DNA of 43,232 nt from Candidatus Thorarchaeota archaeon. Its GTDB lineage: Archaea; Asgardarchaeota; Thorarchaeia; Thorarchaeales; Thorarchaeaceae. Position numbers and translations under genes: made by a program. Below, in pieces: positions 26,789-36,400 of this stretch. The notes under the pieces are model-generated. The model was not told the DNA's origin and ran no database searches. It worked only from the letters and a program-made list of their open reading frames with translations. Location of the stretch: NCBI GenBank assembly GCA_016840855.1, contig JAEORO010000143.1, positions 1 to 43,232 on the forward strand, written 5' to 3'. Numbering within the stretch: the stretch's first letter is position 1; every line of letters begins with the position of its first letter.

Positions 26789-27952
26789 TTGAAAAGGGGA
26801 GCAGAATGCCGCCACCTTCGTGACCATTTCTTGAAGACAGAAACGATTCAAATCATGGCAGGAGCAGCCTTGCTATCTGCATTCACATATGTTCCCATAC
26901 TTGCGAGAGAAACGATTGGCATATCAGAGCTGCTTGTAACGGTCATTGTTGGTATATATGCCACATCCTCGTTCATTTCTTCATACATATTTGGTCGGGC
27001 TGGAGATGTTTATGGCAGGAGGGTTGTAATTAGACTTGGTTTGTTTTTAGCTATGGTTAGTTTTGGACTACTTCTAGTTTCTTCAAGCTTCGAGGTTTTG
27101 TTCTTTGTGAGAATGGTAAATGGATTCTGCGTTGGGATGTATCCAGGTGCATTGGCTGCTTATGCTTTTGAATCAAAGATGAAGATGGGGCGCTTTGCTA
27201 CATGGGGAGCAGCGGGTTGGGGAATTGGAACACTGTTCGCGGGTTATGCGGCAGGATACAACATTTACTATGCGTTCCTCATGTCTACATTATTCTTGGC
27301 TATCGCATTTGCATCAGCACTTACACTTCCACCAATGAAAAGAGAATTCATGAAAGTATCTTGGTTCCCAGTGGATACATTCAAGCGTAATGCGTCAATT
27401 TACTTAGCAGTCTTCATTCGACATAGTAGTGCTTTTGCAATTTGGACACTCTGGCCTTTGTTTCTTTATGACTTAGGTGGCAACCCATTTTCAATTGCGA
27501 TTGTACAAGCTACTAATGCTGTGGCGCAGGTCTTTTTCATGGCAACAATGACAGATAGAGTTGATAGTAAGAAACTTGTCGCAATTGGACTGATTTCCTC
27601 AGCGGTCACTTTTGCGTGGTTCCCATTTGCCCGCAATATAATAGAGATACTGCCTTCGCAGCTGCTACTTGGATTTGCATGGGCAACACTCTATGTTGGT
27701 GCGCTAAAGTTTGTGACTGAGAATAACAAAGAGCGATCAACAGCAGCAGGACTTCTTCAGTCAATATTATCACTCTCTGGAGTAGTTGGTCCAGTAGTGG
27801 CTGCTGTAATTTATACTATTATTCCGGGATATGTCCCCATAATGTTCTACGCAGTAGGAATGTCGCTTCTTGGATATGTAATCTTCTGGTGGAACAATCG
27901 GAATGACAAACAGAAGATGCCTGCATTAGAACTAGAAATTAAAACTTCATAG
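26789..27952 (+). CDS. Major facilitator superfamily transporter
   Basis: About 12 TM helices; motif A FGRAGDVYGRR and its repeat TDRVDSKK. Exact start uncertain. Confidence 0.93.
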   Translation: MKRGAECRHLRDHFLKTETIQIMAGAALLSAFTYVPILARETIGISELLVTVIVGIYATSSFISSYIFGRAGDVYGRRVVIRLGLFLAMVSFGLLLVSSSFEVLFFVRMVNGFCVGMYPGALAAYAFESKMKMGRFATWGAAGWGIGTLFAGYAAGYNIYYAFLMSTLFLAIAFASALTLPPMKREFMKVSWFPVDTFKRNASIYLAVFIRHSSAFAIWTLWPLFLYDLGGNPFSIAIVQATNAVAQVFFMATMTDRVDSKKLVAIGLISSAVTFAWFPFARNIIEILPSQLLLGFAWATLYVGALKFVTENNKERSTAAGLLQSILSLSGVVGPVVAAVIYTIIPGYVPIMFYAVGMSLLGYVIFWWNNRNDKQKMPALELEIKTS

Positions 27953-28026
27953 ATGGAAGTTATATTTGCGCGAGTGGATTTGCCCTTATACTATCAAATT
28001 CAAACTAAATGATTGGTGATTGTTTC

Positions 28027-28866
28027 ATGCACATCAGAAAAATGACACAACAAGATGTTGATTTTGGTGTGGGTCTTGCCATCGCGGAAGGTTGGGGAAG
28101 CACAAAGCTGGATTTTGAGGAACTGTTGGCATTTGATCCCAAGGGGTGCTTCATTGTTGAGAATAATGATATGCCTATTGGAATGATTTGTACAACCCCA
28201 TACAATGGTTTTGGTTTCATAAGTAATCTCATAGTGCTAGAAGAGTATAGAAATAGGAAGGTGGGCACACTATTAATGAAACATGCCCTTGACTATCTAG
28301 AAGACAAAGGCGTGAGAACTCAATTACTTGATGGCGTCGTTAAGGCTATTTCCTTGTATGAACGATTTGGTTTTGAAAAGAGATACAAATCATTACGTCT
28401 GGAGGGGAATGTTGAACCAAAGGAGTCGGATGACGTCCGATCTATGACAATTGCAGACTTGAACACGATAGATCGTTTTGATACTGAGTTATTTGGAGCA
28501 TCGCGAAAGAAATTCATTGAGTCAAGATTGAACAATTTCCCTAAACTGTGTAAGGTTTTAGAAATTGAGGGAGAGTTAGCAGGTTATATCATGGGAAGTG
28601 AAAGAAACGAGTCAGTAAGGATTGGTCCATGGGTTATGAGGTATGCTTCAAAGCAATCAGATGATTTGTTGCAAGAGTTAGCCTCCGAGGTTGATGAAAT
28701 GACCCTACAAATAGGTGTTTTAGAGAATAACACAAGTGCACTTCAGATACTAAAGAAATACAGATTTGCTCAGAAAAGCTTCTCTTGGAGAATGATCAGG
28801 GGAAGAAGTGGTGACTGGACCTTCTCAGACCATCTCTATGCAATCTGCTCTGCTGCACGTGGGTAG
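28027..28866 (+). CDS. GNAT family acetyltransferase (tandem GNAT)
   Basis: IRKMT..D, EGW, LIVLEEYRNRKVGTLLM, LYERFGF, second domain with RIGPW. Confidence 0.9.
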   Translation: MHIRKMTQQDVDFGVGLAIAEGWGSTKLDFEELLAFDPKGCFIVENNDMPIGMICTTPYNGFGFISNLIVLEEYRNRKVGTLLMKHALDYLEDKGVRTQLLDGVVKAISLYERFGFEKRYKSLRLEGNVEPKESDDVRSMTIADLNTIDRFDTELFGASRKKFIESRLNNFPKLCKVLEIEGELAGYIMGSERNESVRIGPWVMRYASKQSDDLLQELASEVDEMTLQIGVLENNTSALQILKKYRFAQKSFSWRMIRGRSGDWTFSDHLYAICSAARG

Positions 28867-28883
28867 ATTTACTTAGAATAGTA

Positions 28884-30053
28884 TCATTGTTTTTTTCGAT
28901 ACTTGATTTCCTCCAGCTTTTGGCTGAAATCCGTCCGTACAATTTTGTTCGTTATAATGGGGGCTAGTATTATCATGCCTAGAGCAAACGTCCCAATCAC
29001 ACTCAAATCGACAAGGAGAGTTCCATAGTTGCCCTCAACAAACATCCTGATCAAGCTGCGATAGACGTTTGACACCGGTAAATATTCATTGAATGCATCA
29101 AATGTGACTCCTACAAGCTCCAAGGGAGCAATACCACCGCCCACTATCCAATAGAAGAGACCGGTTAGAGCTGCCAGAGGAACGGTAAAAACGGAGTTAC
29201 GCAGTAACGCCCCAAATATGATGCCAATCCCTGAACAAAACACGGATAGTAAGAGAGTAAGGGCCAGATATGTCACAACATCACCCTGGGGCCAAACACC
29301 AAACATAACATAGCTTAAGACGAATATAACAGGAGGGGAAATGTAGCTGATCACTACTCCACTCAGCATCTTCCCAAGAAATATAGAATGAGGTGACTGA
29401 TTCGATAGGTTCAGTTCATCCCATGTCTGTAGTTCGAATTCCTGCGTTAATGCCGAGCCAGCACCAAAAATGGCACCAACCATGATTCCATACACAGTAA
29501 TCGTCCACGCCATATATGCAAGTCGAGGTGGAGTGAAGGGCCGAAGATTCTCAACCTCGAAGCTCACTGCAGAGTCTTGATTGAGATATCTATGATAGAA
29601 TAAATCGAGCTTGCGAATCACTGGCATTCGAAGGTTCTTTGTAAGGTCCTCGTGAACATTGGCTACTCTAATATGGATGAATGTTGACTCATTATGAGAT
29701 AGCGCATATTCAAAGCCAGAGGGGATTGTAATCACAAGAAGAATATCGCCATTGTCAAAAAGTCGTGATGCACTCTCAGCATCCATCTCAACTGGAACCA
29801 GTCTTGGAGGGATGGGATCATACTCTTCAAGAATCTCAATGAATCCATTTGTATAAACATCAGGATTCTGCTCTTCCACAACGAGCGCCACTTCGAGACC
29901 TGAGCCATAATAGACTCCACCCATCAATAAGGTGAAAGCAGTGAAGAAAAGAATAGGAAGGAGAATAACGAGTAAGAGCTTCCGAGGGTTCCGCTTCCAT
30001 ACTCTCAGCTCTTTGATGAAACTGACCATTAAGACTCTTATTGACAGTTTCAT
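28884..30053 (-). CDS. ABC-2 type transporter permease
   Basis: KELRVWKRNP, TM1, extracellular domain, QEFELQTWDEL...GKML, multiple TMs. ATG 30053 overlaps the upstream stop. Confidence 0.92.
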   Translation of the reverse strand: MKLSIRVLMVSFIKELRVWKRNPRKLLLVILLPILFFTAFTLLMGGVYYGSGLEVALVVEEQNPDVYTNGFIEILEEYDPIPPRLVPVEMDAESASRLFDNGDILLVITIPSGFEYALSHNESTFIHIRVANVHEDLTKNLRMPVIRKLDLFYHRYLNQDSAVSFEVENLRPFTPPRLAYMAWTITVYGIMVGAIFGAGSALTQEFELQTWDELNLSNQSPHSIFLGKMLSGVVISYISPPVIFVLSYVMFGVWPQGDVVTYLALTLLLSVFCSGIGIIFGALLRNSVFTVPLAALTGLFYWIVGGGIAPLELVGVTFDAFNEYLPVSNVYRSLIRMFVEGNYGTLLVDLSVIGTFALGMIILAPIITNKIVRTDFSQKLEEIKYRKKQ

Positions 30054-31183
30054 GACCGCTCGACCTCCCTTCTCATTAAACGAGATACAACTATTGTTAG
30101 AACCAACCATGTTCCTAGTAGATAGAGACCGCTGAGCCAGAGACCGAGTAGAGTTTCAGAGAAAAAGACACGAGTCCAGAGTCCAATTGAGTGAGTGGTT
30201 GGTATGGACAGCAGAATGATTCTTATTGAATATGGTGCAAGCCCAATCGGAGCAAGTCCACCACCAGCGAGAAAGCCAACAACCGTCAATAGAACTGATG
30301 CAAGCAAAGACTGCTCCCGATTTCTTACTTTCATTCCTATTAATTCACCAAGAGGGACCAGAGCCAGAACTGTAAGCAAGAGAACCACAAATAACACGAG
30401 CAGGTTCCCTGTAGGATACACATCCAAGCTAAGTGTGATGACTGGTACAGTGATCAACATTGCTAAGAAAGATCGAGGAATAGCTGCTATAGTTCGCCCA
30501 ATGACTATAGCGAATCTTGATGCGGGGGAGCTCAGCAAATCATGAATTGCGCCAGTTTCAAACTCAGTAGCTGTTAACATGGCTTGACTTGCCAGTGCGC
30601 ATGACATGAAGGACAAGAGTATTCCAGCAGCACCCATGTACGCAATATTAGAGGGGGTCACAGGTAGAAACAGCGTTTCATCAAGCGCTACTCGAGCACC
30701 TGACTGGTCGAACTCAGGAGAGATTGCACCTTGGTTATATAGAAGCACAGCAGCCTCAATTCGATGAACATAATTCTTGACAACATCATCATTTGCGTTA
30801 TTGATGAATAATACTACCATACCCTTCTGTCCTGAGCTTATGTTTGCCCCAAATCCTTCAGGAATCAGTATATAGCCAATCAATTGCGTGGATTGATAGA
30901 GGTCCGAAGCTGTTTCCAAGTCATATCTCTCAATTTTGAACCAAGTGTGATTGGTTGTTGAAACCATGTTCTCAATTATGCCAGCCATGTCGTTTGCTTG
31001 AGGAGATACATCTTGAACAACAAGACCACAAGTGAAGGACTCTCCACCACCAACAGAAGACCACATGATTGAATATACAAGAATAAATACAAAGGGAATA
31101 ATGAGGCTTGGCGCGAGAAATCTGGGATCTCGCTTTGCTTGTTTCAAGTCTTTCTTCACGATTGCGGCTATCTCTCGCAACAT
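30050..31183 (-). CDS. ABC-2 type transporter permease
   Basis: AIVKKDLKQAKRDP, TEFETGAIHDLLSSPASRFAIVIGR, multiple TMs. Confidence 0.92.
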   Translation of the reverse strand: MLREIAAIVKKDLKQAKRDPRFLAPSLIIPFVFILVYSIMWSSVGGGESFTCGLVVQDVSPQANDMAGIIENMVSTTNHTWFKIERYDLETASDLYQSTQLIGYILIPEGFGANISSGQKGMVVLFINNANDDVVKNYVHRIEAAVLLYNQGAISPEFDQSGARVALDETLFLPVTPSNIAYMGAAGILLSFMSCALASQAMLTATEFETGAIHDLLSSPASRFAIVIGRTIAAIPRSFLAMLITVPVITLSLDVYPTGNLLVLFVVLLLTVLALVPLGELIGMKVRNREQSLLASVLLTVVGFLAGGGLAPIGLAPYSIRIILLSIPTTHSIGLWTRVFFSETLLGLWLSGLYLLGTWLVLTIVVSRLMRREVERS

Positions 31184-31184
31184 A

Positions 31185-32156
31185 TCAATCCCTCAACATA
31201 GAGCCAGTGATTGCCAAAAATACGTCACCAAGGGAAGGCTCTCGCATTGATGCCTGTTTCACAATAAGACCACTATCAGATAGGCGACTAATTACAAGAG
31301 GCAAGTCAGTGTGGCCTTCAAGACTCCGAATCCAAGCTGTGCGTGGACCCCCGTTCAATGGGTCAGACACTTTTTCAACATCGAGCTTTACTTTTTCAGC
31401 TAGCCATTCAGATCCCTGATTAGCTCCAAGTCCTTCAATCAAAACCTCAATCAAGTAGTTACCGACATACTGACGCTTCAGGTCGCTCGGAGTACCTGTC
31501 GCAACTAGTCGTCCATTGTCAATCACAATTACCCGATCAGCCAAAGCTTCAGCTTCATCCATATAATTCGTGCAGAAGAGAACAGTACGACCTTCATCCT
31601 TCATCTTGCGAACCTGGTTCCAAATCAAGTTACGACTTTGAACATCGACTCCTAAAGACATCTCATCTAAGATTAGGAGCTCTGAGTCATGAAGTATCGA
31701 TCGAACTAATGCAAGACGACGTTTCATTCCACCAGAGTAAGTCTTCACGAGGTCATCTTTTCGATGCATGAGCCCAGCTAATTCGAGCATCTTGATTGTC
31801 CGATCGCCTACCTGTTCTTTTGGAACTCCGTATAATTCTGCATGATATTCAAGCGACTCGTAGGCAGTAAGATCATTATAGAGGGCAGTTTCTTGGGGCA
31901 TGAATCCAATGAGCTTTCGTATTGTATCGAGATTGTCTGACACCTCATGTCCAGATACTTTCACACTACCGGATGTTGGTTTTAAAATTCCCGTAATTAA
32001 TTTCACAGCAGTTGATTTGCCTGCTCCGTTTGGACCTAAGAGACCAATAATTTCGCCCTTTTCAACCGAGAAAGACAGATTGTCAAGAGCCTTAAGACCA
32101 CCCTTGTAGATATGAGTGAGATTGGACACTTCAACTATCGAGGTCAGTTGAATCAC
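31185..32156 (-). CDS. ABC transporter ATP-binding protein (DrrA/NodI-like)
   Basis: GPNGAGKST, YSGGMKRRL, LILDE, SLGDVFLAITG. The H-loop reads CTNYM instead of THYM. Start may be CTG 32147. Confidence 0.95.
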   Translation of the reverse strand: MIQLTSIVEVSNLTHIYKGGLKALDNLSFSVEKGEIIGLLGPNGAGKSTAVKLITGILKPTSGSVKVSGHEVSDNLDTIRKLIGFMPQETALYNDLTAYESLEYHAELYGVPKEQVGDRTIKMLELAGLMHRKDDLVKTYSGGMKRRLALVRSILHDSELLILDEMSLGVDVQSRNLIWNQVRKMKDEGRTVLFCTNYMDEAEALADRVIVIDNGRLVATGTPSDLKRQYVGNYLIEVLIEGLGANQGSEWLAEKVKLDVEKVSDPLNGGPRTAWIRSLEGHTDLPLVISRLSDSGLIVKQASMREPSLGDVFLAITGSMLRD

Positions 32157-32192
32157 CTATGTAATTATGACAAACATGGAACATAGGTTTGG

Positions 32193-32211
32193 TGTCACGA
32201 ACGGGGTAACA
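32193..32211. promoter_or_regulatory. Putative operator TGTCAC-N7-GTAACA in the divergent promoter region
   Basis: One mismatch to the palindrome at 32536-32554, with the same spacing. Confidence 0.55.
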
Positions 32212-32251
32212 AAGCATAGTTCTAAATGAAAAGGCGGACGTAGGAGATATC

Positions 32252-32527
32252 ATGCCACTCGAATTTCTTATCCGTTCTGAGGTGCGGGAAATCCTTTCTG
32301 AACTAATGTGGGGCGATCGATTTGAAAAAGACCTTGAAGCCAAGGTCCCTTCAGAACAAGAGTTCAATGAAATTAGAAACATTCTTCTCGAGTTGGATAT
32401 TGTCTATCAATTTCGGGGAGAGAACAATGCGCCATATCTCTCGTTAACCGACAAAGGTGTTGCAATAGCCAATAGATTGTATGAGATCGAACGAGTTCTC
32501 GAGGGCGAGGACATCGATGCGGATTAG
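32252..32527 (+). CDS. Small winged-helix-like protein
   Basis: AGGAG SD + ATG; C-terminal LSLTDKGVAIA wing motif as in MarR/PadR-like wHTH. Confidence 0.7.
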   Translation: MPLEFLIRSEVREILSELMWGDRFEKDLEAKVPSEQEFNEIRNILLELDIVYQFRGENNAPYLSLTDKGVAIANRLYEIERVLEGEDIDAD

Positions 32528-32534
32528 CTTAAAT

Positions 32535-32555
32535 TTGTCACTCCTAAAGTGACAA
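32535..32555. promoter_or_regulatory. Perfect palindromic operator TTGTCACT-CCTAA-AGTGACAA upstream of the TrmB gene
   Basis: 8-bp arms with 5-nt spacer, directly downstream of TATA-like CTTAAAT (32528-32534). Confidence 0.7.
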
Positions 32556-32597
32556 TAAACTCAAAAAAAAACGTGACATAAGCAACTTGGGTTTGAA

Positions 32598-33428
32598 ATG
32601 GCTCAAGATACTATTGTTGGAAATCTCACTAGCTTGGGTCTGACAAAGAATGAAGCAAAAGCATATCATTCTCTTGTTAGACTTGGGAGATCCCCCGCCA
32701 GGATAATTGCTGAAGATTCCGGAATACCCAGAAGTAAGGTGTATGAAACCCTTGAGCTTCTTGAAAAACGAGGGATAATCAAGAAGATTGCTGGAAGTGA
32801 CCCTACACTCTTTGACCCTGCACCGGTGGATGCTGCTTTGGATCATCTTGAGGAGAAAATCAAGAGTTCATCAACAAGTGCTAGAAAGTTACTGAAGGGG
32901 CTTCAGTCGTTGAGAGGGACTGAAGCAAAGGAGTTCGCTTGGGCAGTCCAAGGTATGGAACAGGTCATCATGGGTCTGCGAACAGCAATTGAAAAGGCTC
33001 AAGACTATATACACATCGCTTCAGTATCACCAACTATACTAAAACATCTCAGAGGGGCTTTTAGTACAGCAAGAAATCGAGATGTTAGAATTGAGTTAAT
33101 CACAACAACTCCAGGCTCCAAGGAGATTCCTGGGCTCGAACACTATCTCACTGTGAATATTGCCATGCCTAGTAAAGATCTACTAATGGAGAGTTTCAAA
33201 GAGGTCTTCCAAGCACCTCAATTATCTGAAGAGGAGTGGGAGCCTACACGAATGCTGATTATGAACATCGATGGACGAGAGAGCATAGGAGTCTTTCTAC
33301 CCGGAGATGACTCCACACAACCATGGGCATTACACATCCGAAGTCGACTTGTGGTGTTGATTCAATGGCAAGTTGTGAAGACCGTCATTTCAAGTGTAGA
33401 GGCAATAATCCAGAAAGAAAGATTATAG
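32598..33428 (+). CDS. TrmB family transcriptional regulator
   Basis: LGLTKNEAKAY..L...G...A..IAEDSGIPRSKVYETLELLEKRG, followed by an effector-type domain (IEKAQDYIHIAS...RDVRIELI...MNIDGRE). Confidence 0.94.
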   Translation: MAQDTIVGNLTSLGLTKNEAKAYHSLVRLGRSPARIIAEDSGIPRSKVYETLELLEKRGIIKKIAGSDPTLFDPAPVDAALDHLEEKIKSSSTSARKLLKGLQSLRGTEAKEFAWAVQGMEQVIMGLRTAIEKAQDYIHIASVSPTILKHLRGAFSTARNRDVRIELITTTPGSKEIPGLEHYLTVNIAMPSKDLLMESFKEVFQAPQLSEEEWEPTRMLIMNIDGRESIGVFLPGDDSTQPWALHIRSRLVVLIQWQVVKTVISSVEAIIQKERL

Positions 33429-33512
33429 GTCAACATATCCTACGACTTTAATATTTTAATTCGATTGGTATTTTAATCAACAACAGGCTTTATTGATAGG
33501 AGTAGCATAAAT

Positions 33513-34322
33513 GTGAATGAACCTCATCTCGTAGCCCTACGATGTCCAAAATGTGGAAAAAGACTGAGTCTTGCAAATAGTTTTTCTGCAACGAGAGAAA
33601 TAGAAACAGGAGAGATTGTGTGTGAGAAAGGGCATATGTGGCCCATAATAGATAGCATTCCATCTCTTGTGTATCCCAGCATAACTAATGACGACGCGAA
33701 GTGGATTGCAGAGTACGATGAGATGGCAGATAATTATGATGATCTTGTAAAGCAATATGATGAATGGCTCGGCATCGACATGATGAAAGAACGTGAGAAT
33801 ATCTCGCAATTCATACCAATTGAGGGTCCAGTAAGAATCATTGATGTAAGTATAGGGACGGGATCTAACTTCATTGCATTGTATAATCAATTCAGGAACG
33901 AGATTGGTAGGTTCAACCTTCATGGGATGGATCTGTCGACCAAGATGTTGAGAGTTTCCAAAACTAAGTTTTTTGAAACCAAGTTATCAGTCAATCTAAC
34001 ACATGGAAGTGTGTATAATCTTCCATACCAGACATCGTTCTTCGACATCGTTATACACTCAGGAGGCATCAACACATTTTCAGACATACAAAAATCACTG
34101 AATGAGATGTTGAGGATTACCAAGTCGGGAGGTCTCATCATTGTGATTGATGAAGGTTTATCTCCAAAGAAGAGGATGAGCGAAGAGGGAAAGGCAATCA
34201 TGAAAGCTAATACTCTCTTTTCAGCTACACCGCCTTTACAAAATATCCCAGACCAAGCAAGGGATGTCGAAGTCACATATGTAATGAATGAAACATTCTA
34301 CCAGGTTGTCTTCAGGAAATAG
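33513..34322 (+). CDS. Class I SAM-dependent methyltransferase with N-terminal Trm112-like Zn-binding domain
   Basis: LRCPKCG..L...G.IVCEKGHMWPIIDSIPSL; IDVSIGTG, GMDLSTKML, LPYQTSFFD, EMLRITKSGG. Confidence 0.9.
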   Translation: MNEPHLVALRCPKCGKRLSLANSFSATREIETGEIVCEKGHMWPIIDSIPSLVYPSITNDDAKWIAEYDEMADNYDDLVKQYDEWLGIDMMKERENISQFIPIEGPVRIIDVSIGTGSNFIALYNQFRNEIGRFNLHGMDLSTKMLRVSKTKFFETKLSVNLTHGSVYNLPYQTSFFDIVIHSGGINTFSDIQKSLNEMLRITKSGGLIIVIDEGLSPKKRMSEEGKAIMKANTLFSATPPLQNIPDQARDVEVTYVMNETFYQVVFRK

Positions 34323-34503
34323 TAGCTAGTCATTAGAATAATGACATAGTCGCAGCCTAATTCTTCTCTGTCAGTTCTTTGTCCGAATATCGAATCTGTA
34401 GCTAAAGTTGGTGTGCCAAATCATCAGCTTAAATCGATTCTGGTTATGATGTTGTAGGAGAGGGGGTCTATTTTGAAAAATAGCTATAGAAAAAGTGAAG
34501 CAC

Positions 34504-34620
34504 TCAAGTGGCTTCCCACAAGAGTACTTCCTTCACAGTTATATTGCGTTTCTTTGAGGCACTCATTGAATGGCTCTCTTCAGACAGATTTGAGCCGTTT
34601 GTTACTTTGGAATTTGTCAT
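34504..34620 (-). CDS. Putative 38-aa micro-protein MTNSKVTNGSNLSEESHSMSASKKRNITVKEVLLWEAT
   Basis: Below the track cutoff. ATG lies 6 nt after the stop of the 29-aa ORF in the same frame, with AGGT upstream; followed by T-rich tracts. Confidence 0.4.
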   Translation of the reverse strand: MTNSKVTNGSNLSEESHSMSASKKRNITVKEVLLWEAT

Positions 34621-34626
34621 TGTGAT

Positions 34627-34716
34627 CTACCTGAATGTGTAAGCGTGTGTAATGGCGTCAGTTGAAATCTGTCGTTTGTGTTCATACTTTCGCTTGATTG
34701 TTTTATCTAACTCCAT
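34627..34716 (-). CDS. Putative 29-aa micro-protein MELDKTIKRKYEHKRQISTDAITHAYTFR
   Basis: Strong SD AGGAGGT 8 nt before ATG; canonical promoter upstream. Confidence 0.6.
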   Translation of the reverse strand: MELDKTIKRKYEHKRQISTDAITHAYTFR

Positions 34717-34845
34717 GATACTTTACCTCCTGTATACGTATGCGTACCCAATTGCATCAGTTGTGTAAACCTTTGCAATCTTGTTATTCAATTTCTCAGA
34801 ATTGTTCCAGGCAAGGTTCATGCGATACATTTTTTATCACTAGAG

Positions 34846-34874
34846 TATACAAACCATAATTGTATATAAGGTTT
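34846..34874 (-). promoter_or_regulatory. BRE/TATA promoter (AAACCTTATATA) overlapped by palindrome TATACAA-N7-TTGTATA
   Basis: Palindrome at 34846-34866; minus-strand TATA/BRE at 34863-34874. Confidence 0.6.
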
Positions 34875-35154
34875 GCTGAACCAACTATTTCGTATTTTTG
34901 AGTTGATTATATGTACTAATTCTAAATATATAGATTAAAAAATCAGTATTTGCAAACTTTTTATTCTTGAATAGTTTACCATCACCAGCAAATTTAAATA
35001 ATTAGTTTGTCTTAGAGAACATAAGTTTGAAGTGTTTTGTAACGCTTCTAGCGGGTTTTGATTGGCGAAATCTGCAAAAAGAGCACGGGCGATTCCAAGA
35101 CAATTCAATCGCTTGATGAATCGACGGGACAAAAAAGCATTGGTGAACATAAAC

Positions 35155-35910
35155 ATGGGCGACGACTATGTAACAACAAATATTACAGATAGCCTTGAAG
35201 GAATTGTCTTAACAAAAGAAGGGAAAGACCCCCAGAAAGAACTTGTTTTTGTAACAAATGAGGAAGTGGCTGAAGTTCTTGATGAACCAGTCCGTTATAA
35301 CATTCTGCAGACCTTAAGGAAAGGTGTTGAAGATACTCTAACTACTAGAACAGTGGACAAGGAAACTGGTGATACAATAATTCGACAAAAAGTTGTCCGA
35401 CGGGATGTATTATCCGTTGTAGAGATTGTGAAGCAGTCACCGGAGTGCTGCATTCAGGGTGAAGAGATAACCAAAAATCAGGTCTACCATCATTTACCAA
35501 AGTTAATTGAGTATGGGTATGTCATCAAGTATGGCACAGTCACTAAAGGTAAGCGTAGCACCGATTACTACCGCAGAACAGCAAAAGGATTCATGTTGAC
35601 AACTGGTGCGTGGGGAATCGAAGAGAAACGAATTAGAGAAAAGCTCGAAGGCTTCACTGACAAGATGCTTGAAACTTTCAATCTAGAGATCTCTAAAGAA
35701 CAACGTGAAGAATTGATAGAGCTGAGTGTTAAAAGAGCGAAGATGCAACATGCGTGGAGAACAAAGATTGCGAATATGGTTAATCTCGACATTGCTACAA
35801 AGGAAACCTTGGCAATGTATGAGATGTTGCTAGATTACTATTCTGTTGGTTCAAAAGAGTATATGGACATCATCAATCGAATTAGGGAAATTCTCTTTCC
35901 AAATGATTAG
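35155..35910 (+). CDS. Winged-helix (ArsR-like) transcriptional regulator with helical C-terminal domain
   Basis: VLDEPVRYNILQTLRKG...LSVVEI...KNQVYHHLPKLIEYGYV...YYRRTAKGF. Start either ATG 35155 or further upstream (track 35062). Confidence 0.85.
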   Translation: MGDDYVTTNITDSLEGIVLTKEGKDPQKELVFVTNEEVAEVLDEPVRYNILQTLRKGVEDTLTTRTVDKETGDTIIRQKVVRRDVLSVVEIVKQSPECCIQGEEITKNQVYHHLPKLIEYGYVIKYGTVTKGKRSTDYYRRTAKGFMLTTGAWGIEEKRIREKLEGFTDKMLETFNLEISKEQREELIELSVKRAKMQHAWRTKIANMVNLDIATKETLAMYEMLLDYYSVGSKEYMDIINRIREILFPND

Positions 35911-35940
35911 AGTTGGACCATATAAAAAACTCAAGACACG

Positions 35941-36315
35941 TTATATTTTGCCTTTCAATTTTATAGCTGTCTTTCTTACATCAAGTATTGTGAGTTCAGG
36001 AACAGACGAAGGAGCCGCAAAAGCAATAGCCCAAGTGTTCTTCTCAATTCGGACAAGAAGGATGTGGCCTTTGTTTTCTTCAGCAGTGGCTATGTATGAG
36101 TCTTTGGAAGATGTGACTCGTTTGTATGTTACCCCTCCTGCGGAGATCTTTGGCGAGTCTTTTTCTAGATTCTTCATGATTCCATCGATGTCTTCAACTA
36201 GACTCCAGTTATCAGTCTGCCAAATAATTACTCCATCTCTAGCGACTCCAAAAGCATGGATTTTTGGATTATTAGCAAAGAGTAGATTCCATTCGTTACC
36301 AATCACTAATGCCAA
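35941..36315 (-). CDS. Asgard profilin-like protein (copy 2)
   Basis: AFGV...G.IIWQTDNW...GVTY...GHILLV...WAIAFA..., the Asgard profilin pattern (QTENW / G.KY / GKGH). Likely start TTG 36315 after GGTGG. Confidence 0.82.
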   Translation of the reverse strand: MALVIGNEWNLLFANNPKIHAFGVARDGVIIWQTDNWSLVEDIDGIMKNLEKDSPKISAGGVTYKRVTSSKDSYIATAEENKGHILLVRIEKNTWAIAFAAPSSVPELTILDVRKTAIKLKGKI

Positions 36316-36400
36316 AACAGGACCACCGTATATGTATTGATTTGTAAGAGAGGAGAACCATGTTGAAGTTTTCCTCAGATACATCTTAGCCTAAAGAATG

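Noticed and set aside
26806-26823. Five-codon uORF (MPPPS*) overlapping the MFS 5' end
   Set aside because: Too short to support, and the MFS start itself is uncertain.
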